Source of the DNA: Candidatus Altimarinota bacterium
GTDB lineage: Bacteria; Patescibacteriota; Gracilibacteria; JBDHUY01
DNA length: 64,000 nt
NCBI GenBank assembly: GCA_039809385.1
Contig: JBDHUY010000008.1
Span: forward strand, 33,251-97,250
Direction of reading: 5' to 3'
A model generated the notes under the pieces. The model worked only from the letters and a program-made list of their open reading frames with translations. It did no database searches and was not told the origin of the DNA. Within the stretch, counting starts at the first letter, position 1. Each line of letters opens with the position of its first letter. This document shows positions 27,164-37,608 of this stretch, one piece after another. The translations under genes were made by a program, and so were the position numbers.

Positions 27164-27911
27164 GAGCGGAAGAAAAAACGTGCAAAAAAGTGTCCGAATG
27201 CAGATATGCCAGGGTATCGATCAGACGCCCCGGAGTTACATTGGGAGTTTTCTCCAGATCTTCGGGCAGTTCTTGGGAAAGATACAAATATTTTTCCAGA
27301 AAGATCGCACGAGCTATCCCCAGATCCGACAGAGGCGCGAGAACTTCGATCGAAGCTCGCGATAAAGCCGCCAAATCGTTGGGATCAGTATATACTACCT
27401 CCATACCGGCAATCCAGTCGCGTTTGTTCCGCACCATGCCGGTAAGAAAGCGCCGGAACATCCGCGCGTAAAAAAATCCCACGATCAAAAAAGCAACCAT
27501 GTTGAGCACAACCAAGATAGTACGAATAAAAGACGGAGCAAACAGAACCAGCAGATTGTAAAGCAGGAGCGAAATAAAGGGAACCGCCTTGAGGAGATTC
27601 GGCACGGTCCACCACGAGAGCGGTGACGCAGATAGCATATCAACGCGTACCAATTCGTGAAGAGGTTTAGCCAGAACCGGCAGACGGTATACCAGAAAAT
27701 TGCGGTTCTCCATATTATCATTTGTAAATGTGCGTACGATCGCTCCTTCGATCGGAGTAGTTCCGGGCAGCCAAAAAGAGCGGCGAATAAACAGGTCGGT
27801 ATCAAGCTCTCCCGCAAAGCCAAGTGTTCGCAAAACACTACGATAGGGAAAATAGCGGTGGGAATCGGCCCACACCAGTCGGGATAAAAAATGGGAGAAC
27901 GAATCGTTCAT
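27153..27911 (-). CDS. hypothetical membrane protein
   Basis: two central TM segments; overlaps the start of the lipase gene (operon-like). Confidence 0.65.
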   Translation of the reverse strand: MNDSFSHFLSRLVWADSHRYFPYRSVLRTLGFAGELDTDLFIRRSFWLPGTTPIEGAIVRTFTNDNMENRNFLVYRLPVLAKPLHELVRVDMLSASPLSWWTVPNLLKAVPFISLLLYNLLVLFAPSFIRTILVVLNMVAFLIVGFFYARMFRRFLTGMVRNKRDWIAGMEVVYTDPNDLAALSRASIEVLAPLSDLGIARAIFLEKYLYLSQELPEDLEKTPNVTPGRLIDTLAYLHSDTFLHVFSSAHAD

Positions 27912-28138
27912 GAAAGAACGGCAAAGAACATATCAAACTATAATACCATTTGTAAGGCTTGGACTCAATAAAAATGACCGGGGACTTTCCGGCTGAATGG
28001 TACTAATTCCACAATAAATTAATGCTATAACCTACTGTAACGAAGCTAGAATCACTCTATCCTGCTGCCGATCCGCCGCGGAGGAGAATGACCGATACAT
28101 GATTTTAAAATTTTTCAGATACTCCGTTTGAGACCGGA

Positions 28139-31100
28139 TTAAAAATTCGTCGCCGGTTTGGTAAAAGAAAAATCGAGCGGCAGGGTAATAGTAATACGAT
28201 TCCATACCGGCTCGTCGGGTTTTCTGTCATTGTAGTTAGACGAAACCGTACAACTTCCCCGCAACGTCTCGTCCCCGTGTTTCTCTACCAATAACTGCAA
28301 GGCGGAGAAATCGACGCCGAGGTTTTTATTATCACCCGAAGGAGGGCGGTACGGATCAAAAATCGTCGCCAGGCGTTCTCTAGAAAATCCCATGCCGGCA
28401 TATTGGATTGTTAAAACAGCACATTCTTTCACCTTGTCTGAATTTGCAACTGGTAGCTCTTTGGTTGAAAGATGGATAGAAATTTTTTCCTGAGACGCCA
28501 TATCCTCTTTTTTTTGTAAAATATCTTCCAATGTAATAACCATGATTCGTCGTAGTACGCTCATCATTTTTCCTTTATCGACTAAGATATTTTTCTCGGC
28601 TATCGTATCGTCATGATGCATTTCAAAAAGTACCTGTTTCCCAGCAGTCTCTTTCTTGAGGGGCTCGATTTTCTTACTGTCGTTATTGTGAGGCACTGCA
28701 ATCTCGAAAGACAAAGATGCAAAAACTGTCTTCAATTTCTGAATCCCAGCGATCATATCCGCGGGAATGAGTTCATGAAGAAAACGTTGCAATACCAGCT
28801 TCATCGGATGAATTGAGTAGGTAGCGACATCCATGTACAAACGAAATTGATTGAGCAACTCATTACAGTTTTGAATATCTTCTTCTAAGTTTATCAAGTA
28901 TTTACTGATCTGTTGGGCTTGTTTTTTAGATTCTCCGATAATGTCAGTCAGCTTCGCAGATTCATGATACAGTTCGGGATACGAAGAAAGATCCATCGAA
29001 TGTTCCAGTTCTTTTTGGAGCGTATTTAGATTGAGGACCAACTTATTAAAGTAATCATCTTGAATACCTTCAAAAATTTCCTCTAGTTGCGCAAAATATG
29101 CGGTATCGCACTGCATCATTTTGTGTATACGAGAAACCTCTTTATGAGAAAGTTGGCCATGTCTGTTCAATAACTCGTAATACGTGGCGCGCTCTGGATC
29201 AGAAAGCTTATCAAGTTTTTCTGAGGGTATAAAGCCAGAAAAAGAACGATTTGCTATATTTTTCAATATTCTCGCTCTCTTGGAAAAAAGATGACATGCA
29301 TCCTCTAGGACTCCGTGAAGTTGCTTGAAGTAAACTTCATACTTGCTTTGAGCATTTGAGATATTTTGAACAATCGTACCGATTCTTTCCTGGGTGGACT
29401 GAGACAGATTTTCTAGCTCGGGAGCAGCAATAGGCTGCTGCTGTTTTTTATTGTTAATGTATTCATGAAGAGACTTCAGTTTTATTTTAAAAGCTTTAAA
29501 AGATTCGACTTCGGCATACATATAACTATGTAATATGTTACGGTTAGTCCCCTCTTGAATATCTGCAAAATTATTATTCTGAATCGATAAAAGAGATTTA
29601 GTGAGCGCAAACGTATGAAGCAAGTTAATAAAAATTTCACTGTCATTGGATCTTGGAGCCAAATGCTGAACGATTTCTGTATGAACAAGTTTAGAAGTAT
29701 TACGAGGAATCGTAATTGGTCGAGGGATATCAGGGTATGTTCGAGATAAAAGGTTCCGCAGGAAAAGAATGATCATGGTAAAATACTGCAATACCTCAGG
29801 TGGGAAAAATGTTTTTTGAAATTTTTCCGATTTTTCAAATGCCTCTTGCTGCTTCTTAATCAATGTATCGCACTTACTACAAAGCATTTCGGCATCTCCC
29901 TGGATACGGGCAATCAGATTTCCTACCAAATTGGTCACCGTCTCAGCAAGTTTGATACGATCCAGCGCTATTTTCTGTTCAGCCTTCATCCGTTCATTCG
30001 CAAGACCCAGCTCTTTTGCAACCTCCTCTGCCGTCTCGTTGGTAATAAAAGAAACCACGACCACTACATTTCCATCTTTGTCCGTATACGCAGGATTGAT
30101 ACGACTTTTCAGAATTTCGCGCCCGGCGAGTGTTTTTAGAGCTTTAGGATTCGTGGAAATAACTTTTTCGGTTCGGTCGGTAGGCCCCTTTGTCTCCCGA
30201 ACGATCTGGACGCGTTTAGCAAAAGTTCGCGCATTGGGCAAGGAACCGACAACCGTCAGCACCTTGCTTGCCAATAAATTGGGAGGAGTATGCTCCTGGT
30301 CTTTCCACAAAACCAGCTGTACGGACAAGTAATCAATCGCAGATTGAATTTCGGTGACTTCCTCTTCTTTTTCTTCTTCGGTAAGCTGACGAAGAACAGG
30401 GTCAGTCTGCCCGTCCGGCGTTATTTCGGTAGGAATAAGTTGTTTTAACGCTTCGCGCCGTAATTGAAAGACTTTCTCCCGCATTTCGATAAGAGTCGCC
30501 CGGTCGAACGATATATCGTTCTGACCGTTATACCCAGATTCGGGAAGATTACCGCGCAGAATATTTGACAGGGCATCGATATGGAGAGAAAGATCGGATC
30601 CCTCAAGAGAGAACGAAGCCAGCAAACTTTTTAAAAAATGTTCTTCGGCATTCCGTTGTTTGTCGAGCGCCCCTTTCAACTTCATCTTGATATAGAACAA
30701 CCCCATCGGATTTACATAAATAATCTTCTCGTTTCCCTCGGAACATTGAATATCGGTCAGAACGACCATACTTTGTGAATCTTTGAAAGCCAACCGGAAA
30801 CCGGCCAAAAGGGCGTTGATGCCGTCCGGCATCCGCGGAACATGCGTATAATCCAGATGAAATCCGGGCGGATCGCTCGGATTGGACAAAGAAGGAGGAG
30901 AAGCAAAGGCGATTTGCGTGTGTACAGGAGCCGGTGGGCGTTCCCTAAGTACATCATGTATACGTCTTTGAGTCCAGGGCAGAACAAGATGAACGGGACC
31001 GGAAAGAGCGTTAGGAAAAAACGACAAAGAAACCGATGTATCGGAGACGTTCGTATGTCCGCCAACTGTAACTGCGGGATGATCTTTTGCGTCAAACGTA

Positions 31101-31156
31101 TCTTCCGCGGAAGAATGACGTCCGTATCCCACAGAAAAAGTGACCGTATTGTTCAT
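28139..31156 (-). CDS. degenerate (pseudo) histidine kinase with PAS/PAC-like segment and HATPase_c fold
   Basis: PAS-like IIYVNP and PAC-like DKDGNVVVVVSFITNET; H-box-like helix lacking His; C-terminal QYAGMGFS..IFDPY..NLGVDFS..LVEKHG..ITITLP. Confidence 0.65.
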   Translation of the reverse strand: MNNTVTFSVGYGRHSSAEDTFDAKDHPAVTVGGHTNVSDTSVSLSFFPNALSGPVHLVLPWTQRRIHDVLRERPPAPVHTQIAFASPPSLSNPSDPPGFHLDYTHVPRMPDGINALLAGFRLAFKDSQSMVVLTDIQCSEGNEKIIYVNPMGLFYIKMKLKGALDKQRNAEEHFLKSLLASFSLEGSDLSLHIDALSNILRGNLPESGYNGQNDISFDRATLIEMREKVFQLRREALKQLIPTEITPDGQTDPVLRQLTEEEKEEEVTEIQSAIDYLSVQLVLWKDQEHTPPNLLASKVLTVVGSLPNARTFAKRVQIVRETKGPTDRTEKVISTNPKALKTLAGREILKSRINPAYTDKDGNVVVVVSFITNETAEEVAKELGLANERMKAEQKIALDRIKLAETVTNLVGNLIARIQGDAEMLCSKCDTLIKKQQEAFEKSEKFQKTFFPPEVLQYFTMIILFLRNLLSRTYPDIPRPITIPRNTSKLVHTEIVQHLAPRSNDSEIFINLLHTFALTKSLLSIQNNNFADIQEGTNRNILHSYMYAEVESFKAFKIKLKSLHEYINNKKQQQPIAAPELENLSQSTQERIGTIVQNISNAQSKYEVYFKQLHGVLEDACHLFSKRARILKNIANRSFSGFIPSEKLDKLSDPERATYYELLNRHGQLSHKEVSRIHKMMQCDTAYFAQLEEIFEGIQDDYFNKLVLNLNTLQKELEHSMDLSSYPELYHESAKLTDIIGESKKQAQQISKYLINLEEDIQNCNELLNQFRLYMDVATYSIHPMKLVLQRFLHELIPADMIAGIQKLKTVFASLSFEIAVPHNNDSKKIEPLKKETAGKQVLFEMHHDDTIAEKNILVDKGKMMSVLRRIMVITLEDILQKKEDMASQEKISIHLSTKELPVANSDKVKECAVLTIQYAGMGFSRERLATIFDPYRPPSGDNKNLGVDFSALQLLVEKHGDETLRGSCTVSSNYNDRKPDEPVWNRITITLPLDFSFTKPATNF

Positions 31157-31367
31157 AACACCTGGTAAATGCTAAAGATAAAAAAATGATCAACTTTTTC
31201 CTCCTTTCTGTAACAAGACTGATTGTCATTTTACGACTTTTTTGAAACAGAAAAAGACGTACCGCTTCTTTAAGCTTGATACGTCGTCCTTTTAGGATAG
31301 AACAGCTATTTTAAAATCCCGCACAGAGTACAGATAACAGAATGAACGTCAATCTTTCATGACAAAA

Positions 31368-32660
31368 CTATCTGGACCGAGAACCGGTACGGTCACGGGA
31401 ATGTCCGGCGCGGTTCGATGAAAAGCGGGAACGTCGCGATCGATCATATCCGGGCTTGCGGCGGAAAGGACGTTTGGAAGCTACGGATTCGTGGGCGGGA
31501 CGGGCAGGTTCGATAAACTGCTGTTGGATACTTTCGAGTTCCGGAGGAACTGCCAGTATTTCAAGCGACTTCCGAATCAGTTTTTCGATCGAACGTACTG
31601 AGGAACGCTCATCGGGACAGGCAAACGTCAGAGCCTTGCCCGTACTTCCGGCGCGACCGGTCCGGCCGATGCGATGTACATAATCTTCCGGATTATCCGG
31701 CAGATCGTAGTTGATCACCAGCGCGATATTATTGACATGCAGTCCGCGGGCAGCGATATCGGTAGCGACGAGAATACGATATTTTCCCGATTTAAAGCCG
31801 GACAAAGCCTCTTTTCGTTGTCCCAAAGAGCAGTTGGAATGAATTTCGGCAGCGGTATGGCCGGCGTGCCTCAGCATCTGCGTCATTTTCTTGGCGCCGT
31901 GTTTGGTGCGCATAAATACCAAAATCGAGCCGGGTTCCTGCTCCAGCAATTTAGTCAGCAGAGTTGGTTTGTGGCTCCGCGAGATCACGATCAAGCCCTG
32001 CTCTATATGAGATGCGGGCGTTCCGGCCGCCGCTACTTCGACGCGTAACGGTTGTTTCATATGCTGCGCGGCAATTTCGGCAATATCGGTCGGCATGGTC
32101 GCCGAAAAAAGTAACGTTTGGCGATCGACCGGCGCGGCAGAAAGGATTTGACGAATCTGCGGCAGAAAACCGATATCGAGCATCCGGTCAGCCTCGTCCA
32201 GCACGATCGTATTCAGACGTTTCAGCGAATAGGTTTTTTGCTGAAGATGGTCCATCAGACGCCCAGGCGTGGCAATAACGATGTGGGGGTCGGTGCGGAG
32301 CATTTTTATTTGACGAAATATGGGCATACCGCCAATCAGAACCGCGGTTCTTAAACGCATACTTTTTCCCAGCTTCTGCAACATCTCTTCGACCTGTAAA
32401 GCCAGCTCGCGAGTCGGCAGGAGCACTAGAGCCTGCCCTCCTTGCGAAAATATTTTTTGAAACAATGGAATTCCGAAAGCCAGCGTCTTGCCGGTTCCGG
32501 TCTGGGCGATCCCGATAACATCCTGATTTTTGAGTGCCGGCGGAATAACCTGATGCTGGATCGGGGTAGCCTGCGTAAAATAGTGTTCTACGATAGAGAG
32601 AAGATCGGGATTGATACCTAATTCCCGAAAAGTGCCGGCAAAGGCGGGTGCTTGTGTCAT
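31368..32660 (-). CDS. DEAD-box ATP-dependent RNA helicase (RhlE-like)
   Basis: Q motif TPIQ, AQTGTGKT, PTRELA, TPGRL, DEAD, SAT, ARGL, HRIGRTGR; ORF track start 32717. Confidence 0.95.
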   Translation of the reverse strand: MTQAPAFAGTFRELGINPDLLSIVEHYFTQATPIQHQVIPPALKNQDVIGIAQTGTGKTLAFGIPLFQKIFSQGGQALVLLPTRELALQVEEMLQKLGKSMRLRTAVLIGGMPIFRQIKMLRTDPHIVIATPGRLMDHLQQKTYSLKRLNTIVLDEADRMLDIGFLPQIRQILSAAPVDRQTLLFSATMPTDIAEIAAQHMKQPLRVEVAAAGTPASHIEQGLIVISRSHKPTLLTKLLEQEPGSILVFMRTKHGAKKMTQMLRHAGHTAAEIHSNCSLGQRKEALSGFKSGKYRILVATDIAARGLHVNNIALVINYDLPDNPEDYVHRIGRTGRAGSTGKALTFACPDERSSVRSIEKLIRKSLEILAVPPELESIQQQFIEPARPAHESVASKRPFRRKPGYDRSRRSRFSSNRAGHSRDRTGSRSR

Positions 32661-32854
32661 GAAAAACAAAAAGATATGGCCCGTACATCCTGTCCGGCCA
32701 TAACGTCCATGACACAAGAAGGAAACCAGAAGCCCGGGTCTCTCTTTATAGAAACTATGAAAGAGTACCCACGATATATAAAGATAGGTTTATCCTAGCA
32801 GATTTTTACGAAAGGTCAATTATTATGCCCGGCGCGCGCAAAAAAAAATGTTTT

Positions 32855-33094
32855 TTACGAATGAGGGGAACTATATCGTACCGCAAACATGCCTTTTTTG
32901 CCGCAACCAGCGCACCTCGTCCATACCCGTTTTCCTTTGGAAACTGCGCCAAAACGAAGTCCTCCGAGCTCCCAGCAAGAAATTGTATTTCCGCAAGAGT
33001 CACAGACAATCTGCCATGCTTTTGACTCGCGTTCGATTGCTTCAAACGCTTTGCGCGGAAGAATAAATTTGAAGATATGCTGTAGGAGACTCAT
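32855..33094 (-). CDS. small Zn-ribbon protein
   Basis: CDSCG...WELGG...CAGCGK two CxxC pairs; ORF track start 33142. Confidence 0.65.
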   Translation of the reverse strand: MSLLQHIFKFILPRKAFEAIERESKAWQIVCDSCGNTISCWELGGLRFGAVSKGKRVWTRCAGCGKKGMFAVRYSSPHS

Positions 33095-33161
33095 AAGCAA
33101 GTTTAAGAAATAAATGATTGACTTGTCCCGACTTGCGCTCATCGGGATACAATAGAATGGC

Positions 33162-33500
33162 TTATTCTTTGTTTTTCAAATCACTATTGCACCTTAGAAG
33201 CGGCTGTCGAAAAGAATATCGCCGGAGAAAACGTATCCGATTTTTGATAAGTTTATACATTACTACGGGACTTATGATAAGTCCGAAAAAGAGCGGGCTG
33301 GCTATGAATGGAAAAACTGCCCATCCGGACGGGTTGGCAAAAAAAACAAACCCGAAAAAAACACTGAGACAGAAAGCCCACAAGCAAAATCCTATCGTGA
33401 AAATAATGGCTGCTATTCTTAACCAGTAAAACCGGTATATACCGTAGCCAAGTAGTGCGAACATGAGAAGTCCTATAGCTCCCGATACGGTTTCACGCAT
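33162..33500 (-). CDS. small membrane protein
   Basis: three hydrophobic segments; start uncertain (ORF track 33554). Confidence 0.45.
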   Translation of the reverse strand: MRETVSGAIGLLMFALLGYGIYRFYWLRIAAIIFTIGFCLWAFCLSVFFGFVFFANPSGWAVFPFIASPLFFGLIISPVVMYKLIKNRIRFLRRYSFRQPLLRCNSDLKNKE

Positions 33501-33621
33501 ACTGACAGTGTTACGGATCAATCGCAGACTAACACGTGAAGGGCAAAGACTCAAGCGGTACCTTTAGAAAAGTAGACCAGATAGAAAAGCGAGTTTCTGA
33601 ATCAAAAGAGAAGCGGGTAAA

Positions 33622-34623
33622 TCAATTCCGTGCCTGCCAGGCACAATGTTCCAGATATTTTTTAAGAGCATTCGCAGGCAAACCTTTATAGACGCCGCTT
33701 TCAACCGATTGATCGAGACCGGGAAACGAGATCTCGAACACGCCCAGCAATTCTCGTATTACGGGAAGAGTATAATCGATGCCGCCGCTAATGTTGGTGA
33801 CATCGACTCCATTTCGCCCCATCAGTGCAATAACCTTATCTACGAGTTTAGTGAGATCAATCAGCGCTACACTAGCCAGATTTTCTTCGAGAGAATGGGA
33901 TTTACCGTTCTGCTCTTCCTCGGATGCGATATGACGCTCTACTATATCACACAGAGTTTGGAATTCCAGTCGCGCATCTTCGGAAAAATCGACAAGTTCT
34001 GTGGTATGGGGTAGCCGTAGCACGCCAGCGGTTTTTACTTGTATCGTACGAGGCAGGTGACCGAATTTTCTCAACGGCAACTGCGAAGATATAAGGATTT
34101 CGGGCACGCCTGCCTTTTTGAACTTGCGCGTCAGTTCGAGGAAACGAATATGTCCGATCATGACGCTTTTAAACGTTTCTTCTATCATGGCGGCAGCATC
34201 GGCATGGTCCTTTGGTTTGGCCAGCTGTACGGCATATCAAAGTTTTTCGCGCACGTCCCAACCGGCATGCGGTTCGTTATAACGGAAGCGCATCGGCATG
34301 GTATCGAACGCACATACCAGCGCATCGGGTGGGATATCCTGCGTTTCCAAAATATACTGAACTTTGGCATATGCCACGGCAACCGCGCCGTCGGTTTTGC
34401 GTGAATCGAAAAAAGTTCCAAACGGCCTTTTTTCCCACCAGGCGTGCACATGATGTTCGGTCGGGTCTGGTACCGACAGGGCCGTCACATGCTTAAATCC
34501 CATATCGATCAATTGCTGACGCCGGTAAGACGATCCAGAAGCTAGCACGACAGGTCCGTTATACCAGCGTTCAAGGGTATCTTGTACTTCCGGCGAAACT
34601 TCAGGATTCAAATATTCAGACAT
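33622..34623 (-). pseudogene. Maf/ITPase-like protein interrupted by one in-frame TGA (34237-34239)
   Basis: VVLASGSSYRRQQL, AYAKV, AFDT upstream of the stop; read-through gives L*YAVQLAKPKDHADAAAMI, joining in frame to ORF 33622-34188 (…GLP…). Confidence 0.7.
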
Positions 34624-34942
34624 AGGGAAAGAAGAAATCCTTTTATTATACCATAGCTGGAACTGCTTTCCATGAAAGTAGAAGAAAAATTCTTGGATTT
34701 TTGAATCAAATTTCCTATAAGACGCCTTATCGGTAAAGAAAAGCTCTTCCACCTGGGCCTCACGATCTCCAATATACAATCTTACGGATATTTTTCCTTC
34801 TACAAATCCTCAAAGGGGCCCATTACGGACACTCTTTCTCGCCTTTCCTAATCCAGTATCTCATGATCGCTTCATCTGGCAGATACGGAGAGTCCAGTGG
34901 ATTAAGAGCTTCCCCATAATGACGGAATGTAGGAGAATTATC

Positions 34943-35758
34943 TTAAATCCGATACACGATCTTTACGATTTTTATATACCAGCTGAGCGGGAGAACTTTG
35001 CGTAAAAACATCAGCAGCGGCGCGGGGGCACCGACGGTATAGCGTAAACGATTATTCCGGTCAGTCGCAGCTTTGTAAATGACCGCCGCCACTTTTTTGG
35101 GATCCTCGCCACCCTTGGCAAAATCCAGCGTAATTTTTTCCGATTGTGTCACGAACTTGTCATACGCATCGGTCTTTTCGGGTTTCACGAAATGACGGCT
35201 GCGCCCGGTAAACTCGGTCTTGATATTGCCAGGTTCGACGATTTTTATGTTGATATTCAAATGCAGCAGCTCGTAGTGCAGCGACTCGCTAAATCCTTCT
35301 ACCGCCCATTTGGTACTGTGATAAATACTGTAAAGCGGGAAAGCCAGCCGTCCGCCCATCGAAGCAATCTGGACAATATGCCCACCTCCCTGTTTGCGCA
35401 TCAGTTTGATAGATTCGCGGGTGATCCGCATCAAACCAAATACATTCGTATCGAACTGTTTCTGGATCACGTCGTCGCTCATTTCTTCAAATACCCCGTC
35501 CACACCGTACCCTGCATTATTGACCACTACATCGATCTTGCCAAAATCCTGCTGTACTTGCTGAAAGGCATTCTGGATACTTTCCGGACTCGTGACATCC
35601 AGGGCGTAGAGCGTAACATTGGGAAAGGTTTTAAAATCAGTCTCTTTATCCGGGCTGCGCATCGTAGCGGCTACGCCCCAGCCTTTTTGCGCGAAATAGA
35701 GAGCGGCGGCTTTGCCAATCCCCGAGGAGGTTCCGGTAATTAAGACGGTTTTAGGCAT
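34943..35758 (-). CDS. short-chain dehydrogenase/reductase (SDR)
   Basis: TGTSSGIG, NNAGYG, YHSTK catalytic YxxxK. Confidence 0.95.
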   Translation of the reverse strand: MPKTVLITGTSSGIGKAAALYFAQKGWGVAATMRSPDKETDFKTFPNVTLYALDVTSPESIQNAFQQVQQDFGKIDVVVNNAGYGVDGVFEEMSDDVIQKQFDTNVFGLMRITRESIKLMRKQGGGHIVQIASMGGRLAFPLYSIYHSTKWAVEGFSESLHYELLHLNINIKIVEPGNIKTEFTGRSRHFVKPEKTDAYDKFVTQSEKITLDFAKGGEDPKKVAAVIYKAATDRNNRLRYTVGAPAPLLMFLRKVLPLSWYIKIVKIVYRI

Positions 35759-35942
35759 ACAAGCAAAAGAAAGAACAAAATAAACAGCCGCAGTATATCA
35801 TACTTGTACCATCTTACCCCCTACTTCTATCTGTAAGAATTATGTCTAATGAAAGCGTACCTGTTTTTGTGCCGCATTGAGGCAAATAAATTTCTTACTT
35901 CTGTTGCCGAACAAATGACGAATCACTTCTTAACTATTGCGG

Positions 35943-36656
35943 CTACGGGATCTTTTTTTGAAACAACGCCACGAACGTATCGATCGTAAATCCCGAAGGC
36001 GAGATTAATTTAACCTTTTTACGAGAAACAAGATCAAACGAAGAGAAAATGGTCTTGATTTCGGATACCGTAAAATGACGCGAAATACGTGAAACCGCCC
36101 CTTGTTCAATCGCATCGCGCAATTGCCCTTTGGTCGAAATGGTGCGCGCTGCGTCTTTGTCCTTGAACACAAACAGCGCATGTTCGTCGTCCGAGACTTC
36201 ACGCGCAAGGCGGTAACGTTCAGTATACGATGGTGAAACCAGAGGCTCGACCAGCCAGACGTATCCGCGTGCTGCAGTCAGGCGATCTACTTCCCGAGCA
36301 AGAGCATCCCATTCGTCTCGATGGATATTGCAGAGCGTGAATCGAAAACACAGCAGGTCGAAAAAACTATCCTGAAAAACAGTGCCTACGGCAATATCCT
36401 GTACTTGGTAATCGACGGAGGTCTCTCTGTGCCGAGTTGCTTCTATTTCATGCGTATTGATATCGATCCCTACTACATCAAATCCTTGACGGCTCAACCA
36501 CTCGGCCAACCGTCCGTCACCGGTGCCAACATCAAGCACGCGTGCTTGGGGCGGGAAACGCGCCAACACCGCGCGGGTCGGTTTCACATCTATAGAAGTA
36601 GTCTCTCCGGCCGGAGAATTTTGCCAGTAGTGCTTATTCAGCTGACTGAGATGCAT
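35943..36656 (-). CDS. class I SAM-dependent methyltransferase
   Basis: VLDVGTGDG, VVGIDIN, FDLL; ORF track start 36725. Confidence 0.85.
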   Translation of the reverse strand: MHLSQLNKHYWQNSPAGETTSIDVKPTRAVLARFPPQARVLDVGTGDGRLAEWLSRQGFDVVGIDINTHEIEATRHRETSVDYQVQDIAVGTVFQDSFFDLLCFRFTLCNIHRDEWDALAREVDRLTAARGYVWLVEPLVSPSYTERYRLAREVSDDEHALFVFKDKDAARTISTKGQLRDAIEQGAVSRISRHFTVSEIKTIFSSFDLVSRKKVKLISPSGFTIDTFVALFQKKIP

Positions 36657-36688
36657 AGAAAAGATAACAAGAGAATAAGAAGACCTCC

Positions 36689-37147
36689 TTAGATCTTCCC
36701 GGTGGCCCGGTATAGTTTCACACATTCAGTACGCATAAATCCAGGAATAATTTCAATCATAGAACCTCCTTTTTTATTCAGATATGCTGAGGAAAGTTCG
36801 ATCTCCCGGCTGACATTGGTAGCATCGTGCAAGTGTGCCCCATAGACGAGGTATTTGATATTGGCCCACCAGCAGGCAGTGAAGCACATGGGACAGGGTT
36901 CGCAGGTGCTATAGAGGGTAGCGCCCGCTAAATCCCATGTTCCCTTTGTTCGGCAAGCAACGCGAATCGCATTTACCTCCGCATGCGCAGTCGGATCGTG
37001 GCCGGCATTGACGGTATTATGACCGATACCGATGACCTCTCCGTCCAGGACAACCACGCTTCCAAATGCCATGCCCTCGCCTTCACTCAAAGCTTTTTTC
37101 GCTTCGTCAATCGCCAGATCCATGTATTCTTTTTGGGGAGAGAGCAT
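36689..37147 (-). CDS. nucleoside/guanine deaminase (CDA superfamily)
   Basis: DPTAHAEVNAIR, STCEPCPMC zinc motifs. Confidence 0.92.
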   Translation of the reverse strand: MLSPQKEYMDLAIDEAKKALSEGEGMAFGSVVVLDGEVIGIGHNTVNAGHDPTAHAEVNAIRVACRTKGTWDLAGATLYSTCEPCPMCFTACWWANIKYLVYGAHLHDATNVSREIELSSAYLNKKGGSMIEIIPGFMRTECVKLYRATGKI

Positions 37148-37226
37148 AAGTTATAGAATTGAGAAATTCACAAACCTGATCCTTACATAATAATACCATC
37201 AACTTTTTGAGAAGGTTTATAGTTTC

Positions 37227-37491
37227 TTAGTTCTTTTTGATAAAGGTTTTTTCTTTCAAATAATGCATCTTGCTCCCAGGTAAAAGGATTATTCACAATG
37301 TAATTCCGAATCTTTTGAAATGACATGTCGCTTCGAATAATATGCTCATACTAGTTTTTTTGCCAGATGGGCATACCAAAAGTATGCCTTAATTCGTTGA
37401 TCTGTTTGGTGACTGTAGCCTTATAGCTGCGAATAATGGTGGGAACGTGGGTCTGGCGAATTGCTCCCATGTAGGGGCACGATGCCTCTAC
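37227..37491 (-). mobile_element. REP-associated tyrosine transposase (RAYT, Y1 HUH) C-terminal remnant with nonsense codon
   Basis: minus-strand translation VPTIIRSYKATVTKQINELR..IWQKN*YEHIIRSD..IRNYIVNNPFTWEQD; GTAG hairpin at 37471-37491; N-terminal HUH half absent. Confidence 0.75.
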
Positions 37492-37608
37492 ACATGCGAA
37501 TTAGATAATACACACAAACTTTAAAGAGAGAATTGCATAGAAACAAGTAAAAAAACCGCAATTATATGGAGATTTTAGAAATATTTTATCTATTGTGCGA
37601 TTCTTGTT

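Noticed and set aside
33622-34779. Genetic code 25 (TGA=Gly) as in Gracilibacteria
   Set aside because: Long Gly-rich ORFs are open under code 11, and TGA ends secA and other genes at their expected C-termini
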